Positions 1 to 13,917 of a DNA stretch of 64,000 nt are shown piece by piece. The notes beneath the pieces were generated by a model. The model did not search any database. It was not told where the DNA came from and worked only from the letters and a program-made list of their open reading frames with translations. The stretch's first letter is position 1. The number at the start of each line of letters is the position of its first letter. This DNA comes from Paramecium tetraurelia (lineage: Eukaryota): positions 1 through 64,000 of the forward strand of contig CT868674.1 of assembly GCA_000165425.1 (NCBI GenBank). The letters are read 5' to 3'. The translations under genes were made by a program, and so were the position numbers.

Positions 1-3000
1 AAGTTAAATAACTTTACAGTACTTGCTTTAAAATGTTGTATGTAAGAGGCATTGCATCAATGGCACAAAAATATGATTACTTTGATTGAGAAAGCAACAA
101 AGACAACTTGTATTTGAATTATGCAAACAGAATATAGGCTTACGTTTTTACATAGAAACAATTTCTAAATATCTTTGAAAGGTACAGATAGTATACAAAT
201 TAAAAAATCCTTGAAGAAACTAACATTATTAATCGAAACCGATATAGGTGCATTACTTACAGAATAATCACAAGTTGAGAACTCTTTCATACAGTCCAGT
301 CATCAACACATAATATTATAACATTGTAACTCCTTATAAGAAGAATTTCGAAAAGGATTGTGGATGTTATGGAGCCATAATAAATTGTCCTTGCTTCAAG
401 CATTATATAGATCTCATAAATAACTTTGAGACATACAAAATCCTAGAGGTTTATATCCGTATTGGAAATTAGTAGATGCCAATATCTATAGCAGAACAGT
501 GCAAATTGAACATAAGCATGTATCAATGTTGTGCATTTCATAAGATAAAAATTCAATTACTATAGTGACATTTAGTTGACCTAGTTGATTTGCAGTTAAA
601 TTAGATGGTTCAATGTTGAAAAAAGTTGGATTGAAAATTGAGAAAAGAATTATAAGAAATCATTCAATTTGCAGGTGTAAGTTCATCATTTGAAAAAAAT
701 TAGTGTTTCAAGCGCAGACATCTCACAGAATGAAATGTTCGTCATTTATTGTTTGGATATTATTTCAGGTGATGGACAGTGAACTATTAGATTTGAAATT
801 GTCATTATAAAAGTTGTATCGGCTGAAAATAAGAAGCTGATACCAAGGATTATTTTTAAAAGCCTTAAATGCAATAAGCGTAGACATGTGAATTTCAACA
901 CGGCAACCCTGCTTTTGGCATTAAATGCGAGCATGATTTTTATTGTATCGCAGAAGGGCAATTAAAAGCTTGAAAATAATTGATACAAGCAAGACAATGA
1001 TACTCTTTAGATGTATTCTTAAAAAATTCAGAAGTATTTAAAACAGGCAAGTATTTTAACCTGATGCTATTTTTTTCGAAATTACAATTTAGGTTGTTGC
1101 CATATTTTAATAATTGATAAGCGAATTGTTGTATAAGTTCGAACGATTAGGGATGATTCAAGAAAAATTACATTTGGAGCACTATTTGATGAAGAATCAT
1201 TCAGCATAATCATTGGCATATAATGTATCAGAGGCAATTCTAATAAATATCACAAAACACAACTATAAAATCTTAAATTGGTTTTCGCATACTGTTATGC
1301 CTTTGTAGATTTTGATTTATTATACTTTGTCCATCTTCATACACTCATATCGTGATTGATATCTCTACATCTAAATTCAATTCATTTTGCCTCAAAAAAG
1401 AAGGTGGCTCAAAGTAAAACGGATTCACCAAGATAGATTGATATTTATCTTATCAATAATAGGATGGATTATAAGGGATCAAGTCATTAGCTTGTAAGTA
1501 GCTTTGTAGTATCGTAAAAACAATATTTATGTTATTGGGGAGCCATAATACAAATCTTTTGTACTTCTAGTTTGCTATAGTGTTCTCAACAATTTCCCAT
1601 TAGATTCCTAACTTATAAAGACTCAAAGATACACTAATCTATTTGGGGCTATACAAGATTGCCGGTTTTAACATTAATTTTTTGAATGCTGATATGTACT
1701 TTTTTATCATTGATAGTATTACTGAATTTGGTTATTATTCTTTAAAGGTTATAATAGTTATCATTAAAATATTTGGATGATCAAGAATAATATAATTTGC
1801 AAGGCTTTAAGACTAAGTATATGAAACTAAGCATGAATGAGATATAAATAGTCAAGACAAATAATTGTTTATAAGAATATCATTATTCAAAATCTTTGCG
1901 TATATACTATCTATAAAAATGATTGATAAGTTAAGAAATACGAATTATATTAGTTTTTATGTTCCAAAATACTTGAAATCCTATAACATTGAATAGGTTT
2001 AGTTTATTTGCAACATAATTGGTACTTGACCCCATGAATTATATGAATAAAGATTTTGATCGAACAATAGCTAAATTCAAAATATGAACAAAGCGAATAA
2101 GTTGGATAGAGCATTATACATACAATCTTTAGCTAATTTACTCTAGAATTAATAAATTCATCTCTAGAAGAAAATTTTTAAAGGAATACTTCTAAACAAG
2201 TGGCATTATTTACCATTGTTAAAATTGTAGCTAATAAGCAAACTCTAATACTGATTATCTGACACTCAGTAGTCTAATTTGGCTTAGGTTAGAAAAAGCC
2301 AAATAATTGCTACTTTATAGCTATAGCTACGTTTTTGAGAAGCTTCTAGTTGTACTCAAGTATTTTTAGCATCCAGAACTAATAAGATATCAGTGAAACT
2401 TTTTTCCTTGTGCTCTGTTTCACCTAATCTAGTGCTACATGTTGATTATATTATCAAGTAACATAGAAACAATTTTGGCAGTATTAAACATTGTATTTAG
2501 CTATTGCATGGTCGATTACGCTGCTTACTATTACAGAGATAGCATTAATTTGCCAAAATTTTCTATCGAGAACCAAAAAATTTCTACTTGTAAACTTCGA
2601 TTGATGTTACTTAGACAACATATAAAAATGTTTTTTTGCTGCAACAATTCTGTCACACTTGTTTTGACTGAAGCTAATTTTAAGTGCTTCCTCTATCCAT
2701 GTTATGCGATCAAATTACAGAAAACAATGTATAACTATATGTTTTTTATGATAAACAAAATTTTTCTCAAAAACCTCAGCAGTAATTGATGCCTAGTATC
2801 GCTACTCTCATTTGAACAAAAATATTTAGTCTCTGATTTTTGTATTCTCGAGGATATGCTTAAGATTCAAATAGTGCAGTCAAATTACGTCATATTGCAT
2901 GACATTTGTATGTAATAATGGTAGTAGTGAGTAATTTATAACAGTTTATTCAATTGATTGAGGTATCCCACATGTAGAAATTGCGTTGCCTATCCTATTA

Positions 3001-3340
3001 ATATTATTATACATGTTTTATCTTGCGCTTATTTTTTTATTACATGAAGAATAAAAGCAATATATATTGTTTTAATTTCTCATCTGATTTTATGATAATA
3101 TCAGCACATTAAATTAAATTAACAAAACATGCATTACTTCAGAAATTTTGTGAATGCTCTAATTGTATTCATAGCATTAAATTAGTACAACAAGTATTTA
3201 AGTTGCCTATCGCGTGTCCAATATACTTGGTTAATACACATCAAGTTGTAATTTTGATATTTGCCATCTGTTACAAGCTGAGTAGTTATTCTAAGTATTT
3301 TTCTATCAACAAATGTTTGCTAATCCTGTAGTTAAGGATG
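1..3340 (+). pseudogene. Decayed Cys-rich (furin-like repeat) surface/membrane protein gene relic, copy 1; boundaries approximate
   Basis: No long open frame even in code 6 (frequent TGA and frame switches). Remnant C-x2-3-C spacing at ~2400-3300. Nucleotide blocks shared with 5880-8330: 1241-1315 vs 6940-7010, and gttattggggagccataata at 1531 vs gattattgggagccataatg at 7104. Confidence 0.55.
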
Positions 3341-3399
3341 TTAACATGAAAAAATGGAATAATCATTGAAATGTTTTTGCTTTCAAAGTAGCTTATATT

Positions 3400-4952
3400 A
3401 CAATACTTTTTATTGTTGCCTCTTTTCATAAACCCATAAAATAGATAATGTAACTAGAAAAAATCCACAAATAATCAACATCATAAATAAACTCCGCAAA
3501 TCTAGGTTTCTCTTACTTTAATTTTATATCCACATTTTAATAGCGTTCCTCTCCATCATCTATGTATCTAGCGTATTTAAACATAGAAAATTATTAATTA
3601 TCGTAATAACATCCAAATCCTGAGAAATATGCAAATTCCAAAATTTAAGACTGAGGAATAGATCAGACTACCATTTAAATGAAGATACTTGGTAAATTAG
3701 ACAGTACAGAGGCCTAAACGGCCTTAATTAATTTCTTACCACATGATGGAGAGTTAAAAATATTAGATCACCCACTCCCGCACGATCCTTAACCTATATG
3801 GTTTCTTTTTCCATGTTGGACTACCATGATCAAGCACATTAATATCTCCAATATTGAACTTTGCAAGGTTTAATATTAACTTTCTGTTGGTTAGGTAATC
3901 TTAAAAATAAGAAAATTTCCTATCTAACATAATAATTTATCTTGATCACTCAATTTAACTTAATTTCCAAAATATTTCATATACTATTATTATTCCAGTG
4001 ATTAAATGATATTTTCTTTGGCTAGAATTATCTATCATAATTCCTTAGTATTCGCCTCGTTACTTTCAAATTGAATTTCATTCACAAATCCTTAAGTTTA
4101 CTTCTTTCCTCCTTCTACTCCAGGTTCTTCTTGAGTTTATTATTCTCTTTTTAATTTCCCTGACCTATAGGCTAAAAGTTTATTCTCTTTATGTATTCAG
4201 GATATTATCTGCTATAGTTGTCTTTTGGAGCAGGTTTTATTTAAAAGGTGGAGAGTTAACTATTTCTATTTACTTTATTTGTTCTTAATATTATCTCTAT
4301 TAGGGGATTTCAGTCTCCATGATTTTATTATAAACAAAAATAATGTTTTTTAGGTTTCCTTTTTAGCTTTAAAGCACAATTTAGGTTCTCCTTTGTTTAA
4401 GAGTATATCTTCCAAAGTATCCATCACCACCTATTATTAATTATATTACTCATAAATTTAGATTGGTTATTTTACTCATTCACCTGGTTCATGTATTAGG
4501 AATCCATTCCAAACTCATAGGCCTCCCTAAGCTAATCTATGAGTTCTGTCTGGATACTTACCAAAATCAAGTAATTGTTCCACCTTAAACAGTGTATACA
4601 ACTTTTATTATTTGAGATTTACTATGGTGCGAATAAAATTAGGTTTAACTTAGGAACACTCCATTTTCATATTTAAAAATTAACTTCCCTACCTCCTGTG
4701 ATTCCATTATTAATTACTCTTTGATCTTTGGTAATTGTATAATTTTGGCTATTCAAGTCTTTATTATTTAGTATATCCCAGTGAAATTACTTCTTCGTTT
4801 TTTTATAGTTAGGTTGTACTTTGCTAATTAAAGGATTTTCACAAAAATGGCCTTAATCCTTATTTTAGATGAAGAGATATTTGGTTTTTGTATGAAACTT
4901 ATCTCAAGTATTTGACATTTTAGATTGATTAATAAGACGGAATGATCTCCAT
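3400..4952 (-). pseudogene. Disrupted gene for an unknown protein with a C-terminal hydrophobic (TM-like) segment
   Basis: ATG at 4952 opens MEIIPSYQSIQNVKYLRQ..., then an in-frame TGA after ~37 codons and further frame switches. Coding-like blocks (GFGCYYDNQQFSMFKYARYIDDGEERY; MLIICGFFLVTLSIFMG) near 3430-3620. Confidence 0.35.
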
Positions 4953-5064
4953 ACTAAATATAATTTTAAATTCTATTGATAATTATTACTCGCAAAAAAA
5001 TCATAAATTCAATAAATATTTACACTAAAGTTTATTTAAAATTGGTATTAGTGCAAAAGTTCTT

Positions 5065-5214
5065 NNNNNNNNNNNNNNNNNNNNNNNNNNNNNNNNNNNN
5101 NNNNNNNNNNNNNNNNNNNNNNNNNNNNNNNNNNNNNNNNNNNNNNNNNNNNNNNNNNNNNNNNNNNNNNNNNNNNNNNNNNNNNNNNNNNNNNNNNNNN
5201 NNNNNNNNNNNNNN
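5065..5214. other. Assembly gap (150 N)
   Basis: Run of n characters. Confidence 0.99.
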
Positions 5215-5879
5215 AATTCAATTATTTCTTTATAATATCTATACCCCAAATCAAATATTATTTAGGCTAAATTCAAAGGGCATAGTTATTTTAATATTTC
5301 TCATGAAGTTTTTGTATTAATAGATTACATAATAGACATTTCTTTATTAAAGATATATGATGTTATAGAAAGGTCATTTGATAAGCAGTCTCTTGTGAGA
5401 ACCTCCTTTATTCTGATATGAAAAGGAAAGGATTCCGACAAAGGCGATGGCATTTTAGGGAATTAGAAACAATCAAAAGGGACATTTAAGAGGAAATATG
5501 GCATTACCAAGCCATTTAGGGAAGGATGTTGAATTATTTGTGAGTAGTTGGATAACCAGCTTGTATGAAATCTGGAAATAACAATCTTTAAAATATACTT
5601 GTATACTTGAGGCTCAAAGAATTAGGAAATAAAAAAAGTCGATGATTGAATCGCTTGGCAAATAAGAGTATCAAAGAAGTAATCTTTGGAAATAAGGAAC
5701 TAACTAAAAATAAAAATCATAATTATTTTAATTGAAATGATAAATAATAAATAATAATAATGATGTGATTTAAACCTTGTAAACCCAAAAGTTCAGGTTC
5801 GGATGTATGATATAATCCACATTTCAAACTCAAAATTATTTTAAGCAATTCTATCTAAAGAAGTTCAGCATAGAGTTTT

Positions 5880-8330
5880 TAGATTTATTCCTCAACTTAT
5901 TAATTCAATACTAATTATTTCTCTTATAAAGGTCCTGTTTATCATCCCCTTATGATAGTGTGTTTCTTGATATTACACTACACCTAACTATTCAACCAAA
6001 TACATTAATTTAGCAAACTTGGATTTATATTTATGAGATAGGCCATGCTAAATGTAAACTGAAGGCAAGCTGAGATAAAATTAAAAAGAAATAGCCATAT
6101 TATTGCTACATGCAATGAAGTCTGGACTCTCATAAATCAATAGAATCTTCAGAGTTAAATACAAATCTCTATAAACATTTTAATAAATATTTAATGCAGG
6201 TACAAAATATTGTAATGTGCATTTAAATAAAATAAGGGCAAAGCAAGTATATTATCACGCACTAATTCTCAAACAAATAAGTATCAAAAAAAGTACTAGA
6301 TGGTTATTACATAATTTTAGAGATTACTGTTCTGTGCTATATAATCTTATGCAATATACTATAGTTCTAAGGAAGTAAAGTTTTCAACATAGCAGAATAG
6401 CATTAGGTGAATGGGCATTTACAAATAGGTAGAATCAGAGCACTATCCAAATATACTAAGGATCATATGTTGATAAGCAGATTCTTTTTATTAAGTAATC
6501 ATAGCCTTATAAAAGTAGTTGAAGCAAGGCTAAACAAAGAAGCATCACAACTATTAATACATAGAGCGATTATATTATAGTTAGGCCCTCTCCAGAATTA
6601 TATAATTGACAGTTGCACAAGTCATGTAAATAATAGTAGAGCCTGCTGTAATTACAGATGCATCACAATAATGTGTAAAGTAGAATGGCTTTTCAACTTC
6701 ATAGATTAAAAGTATTGGCGAAACTTGATTTAAGTCATTTAATTATGGCTTTAAATCAATCAAGTCTTTTTTTTAATCAGCATATTAATTGATTTGGAAA
6801 CTAATACCAAAAATTTTGTTATTATTTCATAGAACGCCTTGCTTGAACCTTGGATCTCTGGTACAAGTAACATTACAAAAAGATGCAAGTTCAAACATAA
6901 TACAAGGATTAATAAATGTAGGATGCTGATCAGTATTTCTAATAAATATCACAAAAATAATAGAATCATAAATTTGTTTTCACATACTGTCGTACAGACA
7001 TGGATTTTGAACTAATTGGTATTGAAGTAACAAGTTGATTAAATCGTAAGAGCATATTACACAAATTTTAGTTGTTAATCTCATTAAAGGAAGAATTCAT
7101 ATTGATTATTGGGAGCCATAATGCAATTTATTTAGCTACAGGCTATCATGAGACTTTTCAATACAATTTGCATTAGTGTGCATAATTAGATTCACTTATT
7201 ACAGATCATCAGCTTCTAGCATTAAATGATTAGAATACTAATGAAAGAAATTAAAATTTATGTGAATGAATGAAAATAAATGTGCTTAACCATTACCTGC
7301 ATTCATAAAAAAAATGGCAGGTTTCAAAGAATACTCATGAAAATCAGCTTAACGCTGCACAATACAAAATAATCTAGTAGAACCAAAAGTTTGGTAAAGC
7401 ACACAAATATTAGCTAAATGAAAAAGATCAACACCAAAAACAAGCTACTATATTTATTTTGGTATACATTGTTTTTTATCCTGTAAATAAAAATAATTAG
7501 TAGTGGTTGTTGATTGAATGTTGATGAACTCTAAACTCTGAATTTAACCAATAGGATTTAATGTGCACGTAGGAGCTTTTGGGCCAAATTCTTAACGGTA
7601 GTAGGAAGGTAGGTAACATACAACCAACAGTTAGGTTAACATGGTACCTGCTTGTGACACAATATCCATTTCAGATGATTTTGTAGTGTCATAGCTACTC
7701 CACTTTTTGAGGATTTATTTGATGTAGACTAATAGAAAAAGCTAGATTCACAAGAGTTTTATTATGTCCTGAAGAAATAGAACGTCTTAATAATCGTTGC
7801 TGATTTTCCAATATGGCAAAAGATGGAGCAATAGGTTCATGTTTGCCATCATTACAACAAAGACCAAATAACAAATTCAGTGTTGAAGTATTTAAATACT
7901 AATTTGAATGTTGTATACAAAACTGATTGATTACTAGTATAGGATACTCAAAAACAACAATATAAGTTATCAATAAGTTTAACAAGTATCACAGATGGAT
8001 ACTTGGTACAACCAGAAGTTGGGAGTGTTCATAATTTTGTAACCCCGTTAGCAAAAAACGCAAGATCCACAATCAACATGATTAGTTTGCTAATTGCAAA
8101 CATTATCATAATTAGCATAATGTTTGTCATTTCAGCTTTTAGAGAAAACTGTTGCTATAAAAACAATTTGTGTGTGTATTGTTACAATTATTAAAGTTCA
8201 ATAGGCAATTATTAAGTGCCATATCATTGTTTATTTGGAATTATAGAAACATTATGATATATAATAATATTTTTAAGTTCGCCATCTTATGCAGGTCATC
8301 TAATTCGGTAGCATAATTTCAATAAAGGAA
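5880..8330 (+). pseudogene. Decayed Cys-rich (furin-like repeat) gene relic, copy 2; boundaries approximate
   Basis: Shares nucleotide blocks with 1-3340. Remnant Cys repeats (tgtcatagctactcc at ~7687, tgtaaccccgttagcaaa at 8038). Many in-frame TGA codons and frameshifts. Confidence 0.55.
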
Positions 8331-8359
8331 CCTTTCAGATTTACTTGCAACTTAAGCAT

Positions 8360-9557
8360 GTGAAAAAGAATTTCTTGGAGATGCAAATGTTGTTGAAGCA
8401 TTAAAAAACCAGCAAAAAATTTTTGTTGTCTTAACTAAAAATGCAAAAATTAATACATTAATTTAGATAGCATTTATTTACATTGATATCCAAAATACAT
8501 TCAAATTCTCACCATCTGTAAAGCAAGCTTCCATAATCTTATAATCCTAAAAATCCTGTTTTCTAGTGCATTCCACAACCTATTTTATTATACAATAGCT
8601 AATAAAAATTACATTCCTCATCCCTAGTAAGATGAACTTATGCATTATGGCACCTTTTCTAGAACCACCTTTTGCAAAGTTGAAAGGAAAAATATACATA
8701 AGAATAGGATTAGACATCTGAAGGTCCAATTGTGTAAAGCTGTTCCTAAATTTTTTCTTAATTCCAAAAATAATTAACTCCTTTTAAGTCCTTTATATAT
8801 CACTAATGAATTAAGCTCTAATTACATCCTCCATTTTGAGAGGTTACAAAATCCAACACCTCCCCATAATCCTAGCATTATTGATATTTTTAAAATGAAT
8901 CTAAGCAATCCTATTTGAATTATCGAATATAGTTTAAAATCAAAGTATAATTTTTAGCCATTCAAAATATTTCTTAAGAAAAACAAAGATTTTCGTAGAA
9001 TTTATCGCACATTTACTATTATACAAACCAAACAAGTTTTTCTTTTTATCATTAACAGTAATTGAAGTATTAGACCCATGAACCTTTAGTTAATACATTC
9101 GTGACCTTAGTCATTTAAGATCAACCTATCTAAACCTTATATACACATAATATGAGTGATAAAATATATAGGTAATTCTTTACAGTCAGTTCATCTCTAC
9201 ACTATTTTTCTAATTCCAAAGCCCAAAGCAATACCTGTCACATAACTATAGGATTATTAACATTAAATTTTTTGTTAAAAAAAGGTATAATCAACTAAGC
9301 TAACTCAGTAATCAAAATATTAACTCCATTCCTTTATTATTCTGCAATCTTCTTCTTGCATGCATTCCAATTCTAATCCTTCTTCAGTGAATGTTTTGTG
9401 GAAACTAAATGGAAAACCCAATTCTACTAAATTCAAATCTTGAGCTTTAACGTTGAGTTAACTAAATACATGCCATCAAAGACATTTTGTTGAGATTTTC
9501 TGACTGCGAAATGATAAAAATATGAAAAGTAATGTTTTTAGAAATTTTTAAATTCAT
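8360..9557 (-). pseudogene. Decayed gene relic, product not identifiable
   Basis: Coding-like stretches (TFTEEGLELECMQEEDCRIIKEWSQYFDY...) interrupted by several TGA codons and frameshifts. Confidence 0.3.
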
Positions 9558-9885
9558 TTTAAATCTATATAATTATGAAATGGATAAGATTTCTTTAATA
9601 TTTTCTATTTATAATTGTTTTAAAAAGGGTTTCAATATAACGTTTTCAAGAATTTAAGCAAAATTCGCCATAAACTTGCAAATTTCTTTTGGGTAAAACT
9701 TAAGAATTTTTGTGCTTAAATTCTCTCTTATCTACTATTTTTATTATAATAATAGCAGAAATGGGCTTAATTTCTATGAATTTTTTAAAAATTATACCAT
9801 AAGCTTGTATTTCAAGTATTAGAAATTCTATTGAATCCAATATTAATATTGATAAAAGCAAATTTTTTTTCATTAATATTTTTAA

Positions 9886-12800
9886 ATGATAATACATATC
9901 TTATTAATCCATGGGATTTGCTAGTTAACTGATATGCATTTCACAAAGGAAAAATAAATTTCGTTGTACCCAACATAGGGAGAATTTTACGAATACTATT
10001 TGTCAAATTTTCTACCAGATTATTAATTAAACTGTAAAATTTATCCTTAAGTTCCAAATGTATAAATAATGAATTAATGTGAAGAAATATACAGATTAAA
10101 AGGAAATTGTAAACTATAAAAAATTTATATAGAATTGATATCATTGTCCTCAAATACTACACATTTTGGTACTCTGTCAATTGGAAATAAAATAATTATG
10201 TATGAGTGGAAGAATAAAATACTTCAATAAGTTGGAGAATCTATAAACATTGATAATTCGTTTAATTGTTTTAATATCAATTTGTCAAAATTTTTTTCAA
10301 TTTTAGTAGATTGTTATAAGTAAGATGAACTCTTTTTAATTCAATTAATGGATACATAATCAATTATTGCTTATTAAATATAATCATCTGAACCTAATTC
10401 AACCAAAATACAATCAATTATTAATGGAACAAATGCGTTTATCATATATGCCTAATATTTTGAGATGTATTCAATACTTTCATTATTTTCATCATTTTTT
10501 GTAAATTAAAGTAGCTTATATAAATAATTTGTCGATTTTGATATCCCAATTACCATAAGTCCTAAGATTTATGTAATGACTTTGCAAGAGATATTATAGT
10601 TATCAATATCTTCAGAGTCTCAATTTTATTAGGAATATAAATATAGCATCCCTTTTTTTCTGAATCCTGTTATTAGTATTAATGTTTATTATGATTTACG
10701 GACGTTTCCTTAATGCGATCAAATTGCTTTAATAAGTTCATAAAATACTGTTTCTTTCCTTTTGGGATGTGAAAATTCAATAGTCCTTGTAGGTCTAAAT
10801 GAATAGCTTTAATATGAGTCTGCTTTTAAGATACTCTAAAACAACTAATTTATAGTATTTTAACTAAAAGATAAAATACTCATTTAAGAATTAGAAGTAA
10901 ATAACATCTACAATTATCATCTAAATCATTCCAAAAATTCCATAATTTATTTTAATTCTGATAATGAATTATTTGTATTCAACCACCACATCATTGTTTA
11001 TAAAATTTAATTGCCTTCCTTATAAGTAAATTTAACTAATTTAAAAATTGCTGGAAATAATTATGCTTTTTCACTTATATGCCATAATGAATTGAAATAT
11101 TCCACTTTCTCTAATATTTAACTTTAAGTATTACTTTAGAATGATACAAATGTGTATGTAATGTTTAATTAATATTTTCCATAATATAGTGTTTTGGAAG
11201 TTTCAGCTAAACATACATTTATGAGTTTTTCAGGGTAATTATTACAATATAAATAAAATCCAGATGGAATTCCTTTAAAGTTTACTTTAACATCCTAGCA
11301 AAAGGCTGGCGAAATTATGTAGAGTTATTAAATAGTCTAATCCTTGTCAATATTTTAGCCTAATTATTATTTGTCATCATAATATTTAATAGGATTTAAT
11401 AATGATTCAATTGATATTTTGTGGAGCTAAAACATCATAGTATCTTATTAATTCACTAAATTATGTTCAATTAGCATTTCCATAAATGCAAGCTCCTTAT
11501 AAATTGCCTATAGCATTTATCCTTTAAAAATAATAATTGGACTCAGTGATAAAAATACAATTTATTTGTTTTAATACTACAATGAGAGTAATAGTATAAT
11601 TAGTTATGCAAATTTTACGTTTAAAAGATCCTTCTCAGATTTTGTAGCAACATACAATAGTATAATTATTCTAATTCCAAAACAAGAAATAAAAATAATG
11701 ACATTTAATTTTACAACTATCTTTACATTAAATTAAGAGACGATAAATTAATTTTTCAACAAGATTCTTTTCAATCCTATATAAATTGTTGTTAATTTTT
11801 AACTATAGTCATCTTTATTGTATATAAACAACATTAATGAAGTCATCATAATTTCAATTGATTAAAATAACGTCCCAATACCTATTTCTTTGATTGAAGT
11901 CAATTTTAAAATCAAATAGATAAATTTAGTAAATTAATAATTAATTTTATCATATCTATGTAATAATGATCAAAATATTTGCTTTTAAGTTTGGAATGTG
12001 TAATATTTACCTAAATATTATTATTTAAAGAATCTTTATAGTCTAAATGTTGATAATAAAGTAGTAATATAATCTGATAACCTTTTTTTATATGTTACTT
12101 TCAGTAATTACACAGTTTATATTTATAATCCTTCCTTACCTTATCATTCTAGTTTATATTAAATTCTACAATTAAGTTCACCAATTCAATGTGCCTCGGC
12201 CATTAAAAGCTTTTAAGTTTATATACCTCAATTCTAGTATTTTATATCGATGATACTTCTTTCAGACAATACTATTTATCAAATAAATAGAGACTAAAAA
12301 TTTGAGCTGTCTGTAGAATTTAACAATTATAACCTAAACTATTCTGTAAATTACCCATATATCATTTATAACTACACTGTAAGTTCTTTATTAAATAACA
12401 CAGCCTTTTAGTAGACTCCTAATTAAAGTTTACTATTATATTCTAACTTTACAGTATTTTAGAATTAAACAAATTTACGAATAAATTTAAGTTTAGATAA
12501 TATAATTCCTTTGTCTTTTAAGTTCACTTATCCATTGAATTTATTTCTTGATAGATAAGTGGGATATTGTGGAATAGTATACAATAACACTTATAATTAA
12601 AATAACTAATGCAGTTTATCTTAGAATAGATCTAACAGTATTCCTAATCTTAATAATTTCTCCTTAATTACTTCAATAAACAATGAATGTTTTGCTTTAC
12701 AGAATAACTCTTATATTTAAATGGTAAATACTAATTTAAATAATTTATCGAATTTGAGTTATTAATATCTAAAGTTAAGCTTATGTCTAAATTCAACATC

Positions 12801-13917
12801 AGAAAATTACACATTATATTCAATTTGTTAAAATCAAACTTCTTAGTATCTACTTAACTTTACTTTAAATTGTGACAACAAATTAGAAATGAGTAGTATC
12901 AAATAATTTCCCCATAAATTTTAAAATATATCCAAAATGAGCGTCATTTTAAACTAAATTTTTATTTTAGGTACTTTTCAATAGTCATTTTAATAATTGT
13001 ATTGGTTTAACTTCAACTTAAATGAATTAACTGGCCCATATCATTAAAGTGACGATTTTTCTATAGCGAAAATCCCATAAATGATTTAAGATGGTTAATC
13101 AGAAAAAATAATTGTATTTTATACGATGAATTTTTAAGTTTACTATATAATTTTATCGATTGGTGATTCAACAATTTAATCATAAGGTGTTGTTGATATT
13201 GAATTTTGTGATTAACAATAAATTTGTTCTCAGCATCCAAATTTATATATTTTAGTTTTAATTATGCAAACATATTATTAAAGTGTTACAATAATTGTGA
13301 GTGATACTTATTTTAGTTATGTTGTAGTGGTAAGATTAGAGTAATTTAAATTGTACAATAAAAGTGATTTTAAAGGCAGAGCAATTAAATCTATTCCAAA
13401 TTATGGTAATTTAACTAATACTGGTAATTCTTTTTATTTGAATGGTGTTTTGACGTAGCAATTTTAATTAAACTATTAAAATATAAGTCATTTTATAGTT
13501 GGGGTTTATTATTTCAATCTCTTCGATGAAAATTTTATATAGCCAATTTTGATGTAAAGTTCATTCGAAACTTCAATCAAGGATTATGCAATTATTATAG
13601 ATTAATAATATCGAAACGGAACATCCATGTACTTTTATAATTAAACTATATATAATTACTCAATAGGTACCTAAAATGTGACATGTATTGCTTATACAAA
13701 AAAAGGTTATATGATTGTTCCGATATTTTGCTTAAACGAATTTTAATATGGTATTTACAACATTACATTTTACCTGCCTCCAAAATTTCATCATAATTTT
13801 GGCCCATCAGCTTATATTCTATTTTCAATGATTCTTCTATTGCTATCATATTTTTACTTTAAATTTAAATCCAAAACAAGGAATTTGGAGCCTATTTATT
13901 CTGAAATTGAATTATGA
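9886..13917 (+). CDS. ~1340-aa single-pass (type I) membrane protein of unknown function
   Basis: Code-6 frame from ATG 9886 (hydrophobic N-terminus MIIHILLIHGICQ) in phase with TGA 13915-13917 (interior checked at the ends, not codon by codon). C-terminal TM helix AYILFSMILLLLSYFYF followed by a basic tail. Possible in-frame 24-nt intron 10109-10132. Confidence 0.8.

Noticed and set aside
5400..5740. Possible PP2C phosphatase fragment (GFRQ..., HLGKDVELFV)
   Set aside because: Similarity is too weak and spread across frames to support a call.
1..9600. Telomere or internal telomeric repeats explaining the degenerate left end
   Set aside because: No C4A2/C3A3 repeat tracts seen; a subtelomeric position cannot be shown from this window.
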